63,266 nt of DNA, filler included, from Octopus bimaculoides (GCF_001194135.2; 8 parts of 8 records of this genome joined end to end with filler, not necessarily neighbours in it), one strand, 5' to 3'; shown: positions 1-13,324, counted from the whole stretch's first letter. A program made the numbers and translations. The notes: generated from the letters alone by a model not told the origin.

Positions 1-386
1 GCTACCTTCATTGATAATGCCAGCTGTAGTAGTCCTCGACCTCCCTCTTTTCTTGGCAGATAAAGACGTTCTATATCTGCCTTAGGGTGGTGCATTCTAT
101 GCATTGTCAACAGTTTTCGTATTTTTCTGTCAACATTACATATTTCAGTAATTGACCAGTTAACGATGTTGAAACTGTAAGTCACGACTGGTATGGCTAG
201 AGCATTGATCGCTTCGATCCTGTTTCTCGCGTTCAGCTCTGTCTTCAGTATTGCTCTCACCCTGCGATAACATTCTCTTCTGATCCTTTCCCTCATCACT
301 GAGTGCTTGATATTGTCCCCTTCAATTACCCCTAGGTATTTGTAGCTCTCCGCTGGTTCTAACTCTTTTATGACATTTTGCTGGTC
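1..386 (-). mobile_element. R4/Dong-type non-LTR retrotransposon, RT C-terminal/thumb segment (5'-truncated, runs off window start)
   Basis: Minus-strand frame 386->3 is open for 128 codons: DQQNVIKELEPAESYKYLGVIEG...NRIEAINALAIPVVTYSFNIVNW...KADIERLYLPRKEGGRGLLQL. YKYLG and RLYLPRKEGGRGL are typical RLE-clade RT C-terminal motifs. The 5' end abuts (TAA)n at 387-407. Confidence 0.9.
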
Positions 387-406
387 ATATTATTATTATT
401 ATTATT

Positions 407-665
407 ATGTTGAATTTGCTCGGGTTCGGTCTCATTCCTGGTAGGAATTATGTGTATAGTGGCTTATCACCTGTAACCTTAGGTATCCACAAGTTCTCAA
501 CAGTCTTTCAAGAGCTTAAAACCCTCACGATAATCCTTGCTGTCCCTAAGAGGCAAACTTACTATAGGAGCTCTACCGAGCATTCTACTCCAACTCCTTC
601 AGCTGCTATTCTATATCTTGGCTTACTGTTCCCAACGCACCAATTATTATAGGCACGACCTTAAC
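407..665 (-). mobile_element. R4/Dong-type element, 3'-end stub (ORF C-terminus plus ~100-nt 3'UTR)
   Basis: Minus translation with frameshift and stops: KVVPIIIGALGTVSQDIE...GVECSVELL**VCLLGTARIIVRVLSS*, stop at 508-510. The UTR ends in TAA repeats. Confidence 0.8.
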
Positions 666-669
666 TGTT

Positions 670-758
670 CGCTAGCTCTATTATTATAACTATTTTTATT
701 ATTATTATTATTGTTATTATTATTATTATTATTATTATCATCATCATCATCATCATCA

Positions 759-825
<67 letters not shown>

Positions 826-845
826 CATTACTATTATTATTATAC
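670..845. repeat. (TAT/TAA)n microsatellite with (ATC)n interruption
   Basis: Read directly; explains the poly-I/L ORFs at 661-902. Confidence 0.97.
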
Positions 846-2271
846 TCGTTTCCGCCTGCGGCATGTGGTCAAGTTATCGAAATATCTTGCTTTAAAATAT
901 AACGTTGTTTTATACATCATTATCGTGGTTTTCGACATCTTCTTTTTGTCATTCTGATTCTATATTTCACTCTCATTCTTCCTAACATTATTTTTCTTAA
1001 CATCGTTTTCCTTTCATGGCGGCTATTATTTCCATTTCTTGTCTTATTCTGTTGTTCTAACATTTTTCTATATTTATTTATCTATTTTTCTATTATTTTT
1101 TTTGCTATATCTTTATTGTCTATCACTCTGCTTCTGTAGCATATGTTTGCTTTAATATTTTTCGTTTTTCGTTCTTTTCTTTTTCATATGTCATCTCTTT
1201 CATTATCTGGGTTATTTTAGTTTTTTCTTACATTGTTATTTTTATGTGTAATTTCTTTCGTTGATATTGTGTTTTTCTATCTACGTTTGTTATATGATTT
1301 CATTTCCAATATTTTTTTACACTAAACATATTTTATCTCTCTTTTGTGTACCCACGCACACTTACAAACAAACATACATATACATACGCACACATAAATA
1401 TGTATATAGATACATATATGCGTATATATTACACATAGTTCTATATTTACATACAATCACGAATACATATTTGTATACTTACATACACACATACGAGTAT
1501 GCACGCGCACGCACGCATACACAATCACACACACACACACATGTATGTTTAGTTTAATATAATTTTCTATGTCTAGTTTAACCCTTGTTTGATCATTTTC
1601 GTGCTATTTTCTACGATCGTATGAACAAATTCTTTCAAATTTTCATCTGCTCCTTTATTTTCAGACATAGTATATCTTGGAATATATTGTTCAACATGTC
1701 TTGTTCAGTATGGCACTAGCGTGGTAACTTAGTGTTGGTTTTACTACGATGTGTCGCAAATGGTGTAACCACTTGAAGTGCGATATTACCGCAGTATATT
1801 CATATTATATCAATGATTATACATTTGGCACAAGCTGTATGAATATTTTGATGAGGAATTGTCACTGCATATAACTGTCCAACATTGACTAACGCTGTGA
1901 GACATTCATGCCACGTTTGCTGTGCTTCTTGGTAAGGAAATTAGTCCCTCATACATCATTTGCTTACACTATTTGATGTATTTTCAAAGTGAACTTTGAC
2001 TACCCGCCACTGTAAACGATTTTACAAACTCGATAAATTAAAAAAAAACAGCTAACCTCGTGTTCTACACACGCTTGATCTATGATCAGAAAATAAAATG
2101 AAATACTCGAGTTATTTTAAATTTGGTGTGGTGAAATATATTGAGATATATATTATGTCGTCAAGTAGGAAATTTGTAGAAGAGAAAAAAGTTTGCCAAT
2201 GTTTTATGAATACAAGGAATAGTTTTATTCATCAAAGTATGCATCCATATTGTCAATATACTTTTAGCTAC

Positions 2272-2430
2272 TCCATCGCAAGAATGTGGGCAAATACGAG
2301 AGTAACCGTTATATCACTAGTGGTAGGAGCACACAGAACGCTAACAATCAGGTTCGAGAAATATGCCGGACAAAATGGAATTGACGTGATGGCAGAGCAG
2401 GCTCAAAAAAACTGCTCTACTGGGTGTTGG
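2272..2430 (+). mobile_element. R4/Dong-type C-terminal stub, diverged subfamily
   Basis: End of ORF 2098-2451 reads IARMWANTRVTVISLVVGAHRTLTIRFEKYAGQNGIDVMAEQAQKNCSTG, matching the RLE C-terminal pattern RMW..V.VIPVVVGALG.....EKY...IGI....E..QK..LLG. Confidence 0.6.
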
Positions 2431-2444
2431 TTGTCTTCGACGAT

Positions 2445-2804
2445 AAGTTAAGTTGCAAGTACCAAAGCTTATAATTTGCGAGAAGAGATCATTTGAGACC
2501 TTTGACAACAGATTGCTATCCACTCTCACAGAATCAACCAAAGCAAGTAATACGGAGAGTTTTTTGGAGTAAAATAATTATAATGTATCCCTGTAGTTAT
2601 AGGTCTGTTAAGGTTTGTTCCTAAACATTTGAAGAGATGGATAGAAGAAACAGGCATAGAATATAGTTTAGTGCAGCTTCAGGAAATAGTATTATTAGGG
2701 AGAGCTAGGAAATTTAGGAAGGTTCTTGGCGTCTAAAGTTTACTGCTATAGACCAATGTTAGGAATTTTTTTCCAACACTCTAATATGTTATGCACAATT
2801 GGAA

Positions 2805-2805
<1 letters not shown>
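2445..2805 (+). mobile_element. R4/Dong-type C-terminal stub plus 3'UTR
   Basis: KLSCKYQSL...CIPVVIGLLRFVPKHLKRWIEETGIEYSLVQLQEIVLLGRARKFRKVLGV*, stop at 2734-2736; ~70-nt UTR, then (TAA)n. Confidence 0.8.
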
Positions 2806-2981
<176 letters not shown>

Positions 2982-3976
2982 NNNNNNNNNNNNNNNNNNN
3001 NNNNNNNNNNNNNNNNNNNNNNNNNNNNNNNNNNNNNNNNNNNNNNNNNNNNNNNNNNNNNNNNNNNNNNNNNNNNNNNNNNNNNNNNNNNNNNNNNNNN
3101 NNNNNNNNNNNNNNNNNNNNNNNNNNNNNNNNNNNNNNNNNNNNNNNNNNNNNNNNNNNNNNNNNNNNNNNNNNNNNNNNNNNNNNNNNNNNNNNNNNNN
3201 NNNNNNNNNNNNNNNNNNNNNNNNNNNNNNNNNNNNNNNNNNNNNNNNNNNNNNNNNNNNNNNNNNNNNNNNNNNNNNNNNNNNNNNNNNNNNNNNNNNN
3301 NNNNNNNNNNNNNNNNNNNNNNNNNNNNNNNNNNNNNNNNNNNNNNNNNNNNNNNNNNNNNNNNNNNNNNNNNNNNNNNNNNNNNNNNNNNNNNNNNNNN
3401 NNNNNNNNNNNNNNNNNNNNNNNNNNNNNNNNNNNNNNNNNNNNNNNNNNNNNNNNNNNNNNNNNNNNNNNNNNNNNNNNNNNNNNNNNNNNNNNNNNNN
3501 NNNNNNNNNNNNNNNNNNNNNNNNNNNNNNNNNNNNNNNNNNNNNNNNNNNNNNNNNNNNNNNNNNNNNNNNNNNNNNNNNNNNNNNNNNNNNNNNNNNN
3601 NNNNNNNNNNNNNNNNNNNNNNNNNNNNNNNNNNNNNNNNNNNNNNNNNNNNNNNNNNNNNNNNNNNNNNNNNNNNNNNNNNNNNNNNNNNNNNNNNNNN
3701 NNNNNNNNNNNNNNNNNNNNNNNNNNNNNNNNNNNNNNNNNNNNNNNNNNNNNNNNNNNNNNNNNNNNNNNNNNNNNNNNNNNNNNNNNNNNNNNNNNNN
3801 NNNNNNNNNNNNNNNNNNNNNNNNNNNNNNNNNNNNNNNNNNNNNNNNNNNNNNNNNNNNNNNNNNNNNNNNNNNNNNNNNNNNNNNNNNNNNNNNNNNN
3901 NNNNNNNNNNNNNNNNNNNNNNNNNNNNNNNNNNNNNNNNNNNNNNNNNNNNNNNNNNNNNNNNNNNTATATACAT

Positions 3977-4014
<38 letters not shown>

Positions 4015-4117
4015 CCAGTGTGTGTGTGTTCGCCCGTGTGTGTGTGTATATAAATGGCTACAAAGCCATGAAGAGAAACTATACTCGAATGGCAAAAGTA
4101 GTGTAAAATACTAATTT

Positions 4118-4335
4118 ATTCTTTTCTACTCTAGACACAAGGCCCGCAATTTCGGGGGAGCGTCCCAGTCGATTAGATCGGCTCCAGTACGCAACTGGTA
4201 CTTGATTTATCGACCCCGAAAGGATGAACGGCAAAGTCGGCCTCAGCGGAATTTGAACTCAAAACGTAAAGATAGACGAAAGACCGCTAAGCATTTCGTC
4301 CGGCGTGCTAACGTTTCTGCCAGCTCGTCGGTATC
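4118..4335 (-). mobile_element. SINE family C
   Basis: Reverse complement of the C copy at 50383-50600 (core GTCGACTTTGCCTTTCATCCTTTCGGGGTCGATAAA..TACCAG). Confidence 0.85.
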
Positions 4336-4544
4336 AAAAGGCTAATTTATTGAAGCACCAAAATTCTACACCAACACACTTTCGCGTAACCGTTCGTCAA
4401 ACAAAATATGAAGTTCATTTGGACTACAATATATTATATTATATCTTATATACAGCACAAAAGGACACGCGCATATGTATAGATATAATCTTTATAATTA
4501 TATAAAAGAACGCTTGTGTATTCTTTTGTGTACTTAAGGGTGGT

Positions 4545-4910
4545 GGAGGCGCAATGGCCCAGTGATTAAGGCAACGGACTCGCGGTCATAGGATCGCGGT
4601 TTCGATTCCCAGACAGGGCGCTGTGAGTGTTTATTGAACGAAGACACCTAAAGCCCCACGAGGTTCCGGCAGGGAATGGTGGCGAACCCTACTGTACTCT
4701 TCCACCACAACTTCCTCTCACTCTTACTTCCTGTTTCTGTTGTGCCTGTAATTCAAAGGGTCAGCCTTGTCACACTGTGTCACGCTGAATATCCCCCGAG
4801 AACTACGTGTCTGTGGAGTGCTCAGCCACTTGCACGTTAATTTCACGAGCAGGCTGTTCCGTTGATCGGATTAACTGGAACCCTCGACGTCGTAAGTGAC
4901 GGAGTGTCAA
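4545..4910 (+). mobile_element. tRNA-derived SINE family B
   Basis: A-box-like TGGCCCAGTG and B-box-like GTTTCGATTCC; near-identical to copies at 21531 and 36531; flanking near-TSD ACT(T/G)AAGGGTG. Confidence 0.9.
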
Positions 4911-5117
4911 CTGAAGGGTGACGTGACTTATAAGCTCTGACTCCTAGTGACATACCCTCCTACAAAACAAATGGCCCAACACTGGAATCGGGTTAACGCA
5001 AGTAGTGTTTCTATAGTACCTTTGTTCCATCCTTGTCCTTACGGCATGAAGAATACTCACTAAGAATTATAAAAGTAGAAGTAAAGCCTAAAAAGCAAAT
5101 AATCTGGACATTTGGAA

Positions 5118-5518
5118 TTACATGTCAACATTTTTATTGGTCTCACAATCATATACCATGCATGACCGACCTCTGCCTGCTTCATCTTCATGTTTCTCAT
5201 CACCACTACGGAATTTCTGAAACTGCCTTCGTACTGTGGACCCCTTTCTCCATGTTCTGTTAATGTTGGCAGCAGTTTGTGAGGCATTGTGCCCAAACTT
5301 GAACTCATGCAAGAAAAGTAAGCGATTGTGCCTTTTTATCATGTTTATAATTAAGTGCGCCTATGCTTCAAGAATGGTTCTATCTGAAATAAGTAGACAA
5401 TTATTAAAGAGCATACATCAATAATTAAGTATGTCGAAATTCACCTGAAATACAATTAAAATACAATGATAAAATTGCGTTTCAAAACACAACGGCCATT
5501 ATTTTCGGAACAACATAA
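5118..5518 (-). mobile_element. Mariner transposon 5' fragment (left TIR plus HTH region)
   Basis: ORF MIKRHNRLLFLHEFKFGHNASQTAANINRTW...RRQFQKFRSGDEKHEDEAGRGR resembles the Mos1/Hsmar1 N-terminal HTH (EFKLG..A..TARNIN...F.KFR.GD..LEDE.R.GRP). TIR-like TTATGTTGTTCCGAAAATAATGGCCGTT starts at 5518. Confidence 0.8.
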
Positions 5519-6890
5519 AGTTAGTTGTTCACACATTTCAGCAGTTGAAATTCTACCATGATGTAGAGCTAACATCAAATATCTAAGCAATTATACCGAC
5601 CCCAGAATGTATAATTGTTTGTTATTAATTTCATCAGTGCCATATAACGAATCAATTAGTTATCAGCTTTTACAACATGGTGGATCCAACGGGAACATTT
5701 CATTGTGGTATTGCGTCCACCTGCTAAATATAGCCAGTATTTCGAGATTAAAGTTTTAAAAAGTACTCAATAAACCACCATGTCTCTAACATTTAAACAG
5801 CAAAAACGGCGTTGCTAATCGAAATTTTATTAAGTAAAAAACGGATGCTTGCGTGTAAAATAACATTCAGTTTAACAATAGGGAAGAATACTACAAACTG
5901 TATCGGAGTCAGTACTGGATTAGAATTTTATCGGTACCGGATGAAATATCAATCCGATCTTGACGTAAGTGTAAGTGTTTCATAAAAGAATTTACGAAAA
6001 CACTGCACTGATATGCAGTGTGTATTAATATAGGCAAAAGGCCAGTAATGGTGAGGATAAGGTTTGGTCTATAACTATTGTTACTGCTATTCCGGAAGCA
6101 TTTTATTTTTTATAGGTTCGCTTTGAAGGGAATTGAAATCAGAATCTGAAGAGTAGAAATAAAATACCGGAAAGTAAACTTCTCGGAAATTCTATCAGGT
6201 GTGCCGTGTCACCGTCTTCAATGTAATGAGCTATGTATATATATAATTGTAATGAGGTATGTATGTATATATATATATGCATGTATATATATTTACGCAT
6301 GTGTGTATGTATTTATAGAAGTNNNNNNNNNNNNNNNNNNNNNNNNNNNNNNNNNNNNNNNNNNNNNNNNNNNNNNNNNNNNNNNNNNNNNNNNNNNNNN
6401 NNNNNNNNNNNNNNNNNNNNNNNNNNNNNNNNNNNNNNNNNNNNNNNNNNNNNNNNNNNNNNNNNNNNNNNNNNNNNNNNNNNNNNNNNNNNNNNNNNNN
6501 NNNNNNNNNNNNNNNNNNNNNNNNNNNNNNNNNNNNNNNNNNNNNNNNNNNNNNNNNNNNNNNNNNNNNNNNNNNNNNNNNNNNNNNNNNNNNNNNNNNN
6601 NNNNNNNNNNNNNNNNNNNNNNNNNNNNNNNNNNNNNNNNNNNNNNNNNNNNNNNNNNNNNNNNNNNNNNNNNNNNNNNNNNNNNNNNNNNNNNNNNNNN
6701 NNNNNNNNNNNNNNNNNNNNNNNNNNNNNNNNNNNNNNNNNNNNNNNNNNNNNNNNNNNNNNNNNNNNNNNNNNNNNNNNNNNNNNNNNNNNNNNNNNNN
6801 NNNNNNNNNNNNNNNNNNNNNNNNNNNNNNNNNNNNNNNNNNNNNNNNNNNNNNNNNNNNNNNNNNNNNNNNNNNNNNNNNNNNNNNNNN

Positions 6891-6929
<39 letters not shown>

Positions 6930-8181
6930 GCATGTATATATATTTACGCATGTGTGTATGTATTTATAGAAGTACATACGTGTGTATGTATGACTGTATA
7001 CGCATGCATGTATGCACACACACACACACACATTGTGTATCCAATATATTCCAATAATAAGGACCGAGTTCATGTTGGGTACACAAAACCGGGTAGCTTA
7101 TTAGCAAAACTATGTGCAATTACATTTGCGTTCGCCAGAATGTAATAACAATTGCATCACCACAACCGGTGCCGTTGTTTCCACCGCTATCACGAGAACC
7201 ACCTACACAATTCCCAATCTCCACCACCACTAACTACCATTACCACCAACATCATCACCCCCACCACCACCAACAACAACAACCACTACACTGTCATCAT
7301 CACTAACGACAATACATTCTCCTTTAGATTGACTTTTCGCGCCGTGATTCAAAACACATTGTTTTTCCCCCCTCGCCGAATAAAGAAAAAAAAATATTCA
7401 CTAATCTGTTTTCTAATCTTTTATATAAGGTTTATTGATATATTCTATAGTTTTCCCTGTGATAGCTTCTCTATTTTCATTGTTTATTTAGGTTTTCTTA
7501 ATTTCGTTTTGACTTCATAAATCTCGGTTCCTTGAATACGAAAACTAAACCTCAGGGTATTCTAATATGTTTCGGCAACACATTGGCTGGTATTCAATGG
7601 CCATTATACTCACTTCATCATGCATCATGCACGGCTGAATATATCCGTAAAAAATTACCTCCAATGTCTTCAACCCCACAAAAGGGGTCTTTTATGAATA
7701 AAATAAACCCCACAATTTCTTTTTCTCCGATTCTTTTTTCTGTGTTCATCTTTTAAAGACCAGTTTGCCGTACGTAATCAGAATTCGTATGTCTCAGCGC
7801 ATTCTTTCAAAATAAGGATAATGTCCACCTAATCACAACAATGATAGATGAAGACTATTTAGGTTTTATACTGTATATTCTTTAGTTGCGATTATTAAAT
7901 TCGTATTATTTTTTAAATAATCATTCAAACGTTAAATTTCAATTCCATTAAAACCGTTGTGTTGGCTCATTCTCTTAAGATATCTTTTCTTTTTAAACAC
8001 ATCACAAACAAATATGGTACGGGTATATTGCCAAGGTTATTGTGTACAAAGTGTGTATGATTTTAAAACTATAAATTCATGCGATGCGTATGTGTGAGAA
8101 TACGTATGCTCACTCCTGTGTGAGATCTGCATGCGTCTCTCTCTCTCACTCTCTCTCTCTCTCTCTCTCTCTCGACATATA

Positions 8182-8213
<32 letters not shown>

Positions 8214-11200
8214 NNNNNNNNNNNNNNNNNNNNNNNNNNNNNNNNNNNNNNNNNNNNNNNNNNNNNNNNNNNNNNNNNNNNNNNNNNNNNNNNNNNNNNN
8301 NNNNNNNNNNNNNNNNNNNNNNNNNNNNNNNNNNNNNNNNNNNNNNNNNNNNNNNNNNNNNNNNNNNNNNNNNNNNNNNNNNNNNNNNNNNNNNNNNNNN
8401 NNNNNNNNNNNNNNNNNNNNNNNTATATATATATCCATCTATCCTTCTATCTATGTACGAATGTATGTGTGTGCGTGTACATATTTAAACATACACCCAT
8501 AAACATTTACACATATTCAGACACGCATATATATACATATATCTTCACGCGCTTACACACGCGTTTGTATGGGCAAGTGAAAGAAAGAAATCTGTGGAAT
8601 ACAAGAAATACAATGTGTTAGCTTATTTGAAGCACAGTTTATCTTCCCATTGTTCCTCCGATTTTCCCTTCTATAATTTTCTTCTCTTCTAAAATACAAA
8701 TACACACACAGATACAAGCACACGAATACACACATACCCAAATCATCATCGCCATTATCACCACACCCTTATAATATTTTGTGCCTTTTATGAAATGTGA
8801 CCATTTTCTAACCCCTAATAACTCGTTGATATCAATTTATGTTACAAAAGTAAATAAGCTTATTGGATTTGATACTTTTCAAAATATCAAATTTATTTAA
8901 TTTGTCTCAAGAAAATACGTAATACATTTACTTAGCAGATTTTATCAGATCGCTGGTTTCGGTGAACGTTTAACGCAAATCTTGATGTCTTGTCTAAAGG
9001 TTTGTCTCTTTTCAGAGAGGTTTCTCATGGATTGAAATCATCTTGGGAATTGGAAATAATGAAATATTTTGAGACTGATTCTTGTGGAGGACAACATACA
9101 ACGCCGATAATGAAGAAAACATTGAGTGAGTCTAAGAGGAAATGGAACCCAGTTACTTAGTTGCATGAATTTGAAGGTGTTGCTTTCGAGGATGATATCC
9201 CCTATTCAAATCTTCTCGGGCAATCTTATGATGAAATGTATTTCAGCCGAAATTAACACGATTTTTTTAAAAATCACCTTCTTTCGTTTTTTTCACCTGG
9301 TGGCATAATGGAAGACGGTATTAGATCAAACACATTTGTCCCTAATGTCATTCTAAGGACGACACGTTCACCAGCTCCCTTGTCTGCGCTTGCTGATTAA
9401 ATATCACTGGTGAGGTGTTTCACTCACTCAATGAAAACACAGGCCTGCGATGTAGTACTTAATGGTTAATAGCTCTTAGAAAGAATAACGTATGTCGCTC
9501 TGGCTGGTGTACACTCCATTTTATGTTACTTCTCGCCCCTCACCTCCAAACTCCATTTTATTACTCTAGTATCACTATATATTTATTCTATTTCATGACT
9601 CTTGTCTCGATGTTATATAATTCATTGAAAGACTATGCTTATCGGAATGTTATATACTCCAGTTTCGATTCTGGTTGCCATTGTCTTATCTACTCATTGT
9701 TCAAATATCGCCGAAACTGTTGAATTGTTTGATAAACTACTTTTCACCCGGCGATGATATTTCAAAATGAGTTAACTTTCAAATTCACGCTGCGGATGCT
9801 TCCACGTAACGCAGTCTCTCAATTTTCATTAAAGCAAATTTATATAGTTACATATACTGATATTAAATGAAATGGGAAAGAGTAGTAAAGTAACAGATAC
9901 GGTAGAATATAGGGCCTTGCAATAGTTAGCAAATTTCTTTACGTATTGAGTTCAAATTTGAATACGTTTAAATTTTTTCTAATTTCAAGAAATCATTTCC
10001 AATTATACGTCGAGGGTCACTTTAACAAATTCTAGTTTGCCTGAAACATGGTTTATTGTGCCAGGTCATTGAGGTAAATGATAAGCAGACCAAAAGAATG
10101 GTAATAGAATTTTTTAATCGAATAAACCGCTGTGCATATTAACATGTACCATTACGTTCTGAATTTAACTATCACAGGTATCATTATTAACATTTATTTT
10201 TCCCCGTTTTATAAATATAATAATGAACCCTAATATATGTGACGAATTTGATCGACTACATATTTCCAATTCCAAATAAATGTTTATGATTTATGAAAAT
10301 ATAATAGAAACATTATTGGTATTATTTATAATATTGTGTTGTCATAGCAATATCAAAAATTAACGAAAACATTTAAGCTTTTGAAGTAGCAAGAAACATC
10401 TTTTAGAGATATTTTAAATAACAAATGTGATACCTAAAAGGAAGAAGCCCTTTTGAAATATCGAATACATAAATGAATGATACTTGTTAAAAATATAAGG
10501 TTATCCCATTGTTAAGCTTGGTGTGTGAAACAAGAATATAACACGATATTTTCTTCTTCCTAATATATTGATATAATAGAAAGAGACAAATTTCATAGAA
10601 TAGAAGAAATCGTATCAATCAAAATTTTGCAGACAGAAGAATATATAAATTTAACATTGGTAACACTGAACGAAGAAAGAGGTGGGGGCCTAAACTGAAA
10701 ATCATGCAATAAATACTCGGAATTTACCATTGTTTTTTCCATATACTGTTTAACCGAAGTATTCTATTGCATTTTATTTTCTAGCTACAAAATGACTAAA
10801 TACAATGTCGATCTTCAAAGTGTATGGCTCTTCTCCCGCCGTTATACTCGGCAATTTTACGACTCATATTATTTCACTGTTAAATATACAATTTTGCGTC
10901 ACTCGTTGTCTCCCAATTTCCTACTCCATTATAAATTTTCACGTGGTGCTATATATGATCCATTGCTTGTCAGAATATTCTATTTTTATATAGACATAAA
11001 ATCAGACATATACATTTATTTGAGTGATTTAAGGCGTGGAATCCAAAATAAGCCAGCCGAAACATCTAAATTCACCGCATTTCAAATCTTTAATAATACT
11101 AATTCATCATAATATTTTATATAGTGTCGCTGAATACATCTGCGTAAAGCACATTTCGCACACTGAGTATCATATAAATGTTGCAGCATAACGCCTTCAG

Positions 11201-11700
11201 TCCTACGATCAGACCAAACTAGCTACATGTACGTAAACGTAGAAAGCTTATCATTTGCATAATGAATAAGCTGTAATAGTTGTTTACTGAACAGGTGACA
11301 GAATATTAGTTGTTTTACGTCATGCCAAAACCGGATCCGCCAATTTTAGATCAAAAACATACTAATCGTGACTTACGTACCGTGAAGGATATTAAGAAAC
11401 AGCTGTTGGGAGAATGAATGTTCCTAAATCTGTGTTATGTCAAAAATAGCAGCAGCAACTTGAAAGCAAATATGATAATTGAATATCTATACATATAAAC
11501 AAATGCGTGCGCGCATATACATACGTACATGTGTAATTAGAGAAATACTGTATACATATACTATATATGCTTAAACTGGATTATACTATAATAATATACG
11601 CATAAAAATACATACATATTCTATATACGTATAAATGCATAAGTGAATACACACGTACACACACAGAGATATATGTATATATATATATGCATATATATAT

Positions 11701-11800
11701 NNNNNNNNNNNNNNNNNNNNNNNNNNNNNNNNNNNNNNNNNNNNTTAATTAATTAANNNNNNNNNNNNNNNNNNNNNNNNNNNNNNNNNNNNNNNNNNNN
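11701..11800. other. Artificial scaffold linker, 44N-TTAATTAATTAA-44N
   Basis: The same 12-mer sits inside N-runs at 11745, 32227, 51514, 54780, 58030, 60282 and 61719. Confidence 0.95.
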
Positions 11801-11904
11801 TATATATGTATATACATATATATATGTGCACATACACATAAATACATAAAAACATATATCCTCATATAAAAATAATATATATGTGTGTATATATATATAT
11901 CATC

Positions 11905-12098
11905 ATCATCATCATCATCATCATCGTTTAACGTCCGCTTTCCATGCTAGCATGGGTTGGACGATTTGACTGAGGACTGGTGAAACCGGATGGCAACACC
12001 AGGTTCCAATCTAATTTGGCAGAGTTTCTACAGCTGGATGCCCTTCCTAACGCCAACCACTCAGAGAGTGTAGTGGGTGCTTTTACGTGTCACCCGCA
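11905..12098 (-). mobile_element. Short retroposon family D, (ATG)n tail, (TA)n on both sides
   Basis: Near-identical to 58295-58485; contains TTGGCGTTAGGAAGGGCATCCAGCTGTAGAAAC on the minus strand. Confidence 0.85.
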
Positions 12099-12212
12099 TG
12101 TATATATATATATACACACACATAGGCATATAATGACAAATTAGAGAAACCTAAACAATATACAGAAGAGGAATTGATATACATATACAAATGGAGGCAC
12201 ATGTATGCTTCT

Positions 12213-12390
12213 AGGTGCAGGAGTGGCTGTGTGGTAAGTAGCTTGCTTATCAACCACATGGTTCCGAGTTCAGTCCCACAGTGTGGCACCTTGGGCAAGT
12301 GTCTTCTACTATAGCCACGGGTCGACCGAAGCCTTGTGAGTGTTTTTGGTAGATGGAAACTGAAAGAAGCCCGTCGTATATCTATATATA
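12213..12390 (+). mobile_element. tRNA-derived SINE family A, 5' half
   Basis: GGAGTGGCTGTGTGGTAAGTAGC..GTTCAGTCCCA..CCTTGGGCAAGTGTCTTCT head shared by >12 copies. Confidence 0.9.
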
Positions 12391-12409
12391 TGCTGAGACC
12401 CCTTTCTTT

Positions 12410-12565
12410 TTTTGCAGCATGAAAAAGCAGCCAAATCTCCCTCAAACCATACCTTACCCTTCTTAAATACAAAAGCCACGTTCGGAATATAGTCCCTGAT
12501 ATACAAAGCTGTTGGATGGCCATAGATGGAAGGCTTTTGATGATAGATCTATTCAATGGAAGCGC
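12410..12565 (+). mobile_element. SINE-like family F, dispersed monomer
   Basis: GCAGCCAAATCTCCCTCAAACCA is the reverse complement of the 53830-53870 end of the tandem array. Confidence 0.6.
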
Positions 12566-12884
12566 ATTTAGAGATAAACAAAAGCCACAAAAAAACACAA
12601 TCAAATGAATAAATTATAATTCAATAACTGAAGATAAAAAGACCAACAGTCAGATAGATCCCTGATCAATATATGTACTCAACGACCCCTAATCAATAGT
12701 ACATATACCCTTTGACTGTTGATCAATTGGGTTTGTACACTGTGAACCCATTTACTGAGACTTAGGATGTTATAATAATCCTTAAGTTCATTATCCTGAG
12801 TCGATGAGGAAGCTTCTCCATGGATGTTCAAATTGCTAGAAATGATAGTCAAACTCCTCTCAAAATCACTGTTATTTTTTTAGC

Positions 12885-13075
12885 GTTTGTTTCTTTCAGT
12901 CATTGGACTGTGGTCATACTTGGGCTCCACTTTGAAGGGCTTAGTCAAACAAATTGACCCCAGTACCCAGTATTTATTCTGTCAGTCTCTTTTGCCGAAC
13001 CGCTAGGTTACGAGGACATATAGAAATGAACACCAGTCGTCAAGTAGTGGTGGACAAAGAGAAAAACAGACACAT
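12885..13075 (-). mobile_element. SINE A, 3' half
   Basis: TTTCAGTCAT..CTCTTTTGCCGAACCGCTAGGTTACG matches the reverse-complemented A tail. Confidence 0.75.
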
Positions 13076-13121
13076 GTCCACAAGTATTTATGCATACATA
13101 CATACACGCATGCATACAATA

Positions 13122-13158
<37 letters not shown>

Positions 13159-13286
13159 CAGAGAGGTCATAGGCCAACAGGTTTACGATCTGATGATGCA
13201 CTATAAAGCTTAAGCTATTGGACTTGAAACCCAGAGTAATCCCATAAACCAGCCTTATGTAACTTTATCTCTCTCTCTCTTTCTCT

Positions 13287-13324
<38 letters not shown>

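Noticed and set aside
11745-11756. TTAATTAATTAA motif recurring seven times
   Set aside because: Always centred in N-runs (e.g. 44N-12-44N) and has stops in all six frames; an artificial contig linker.
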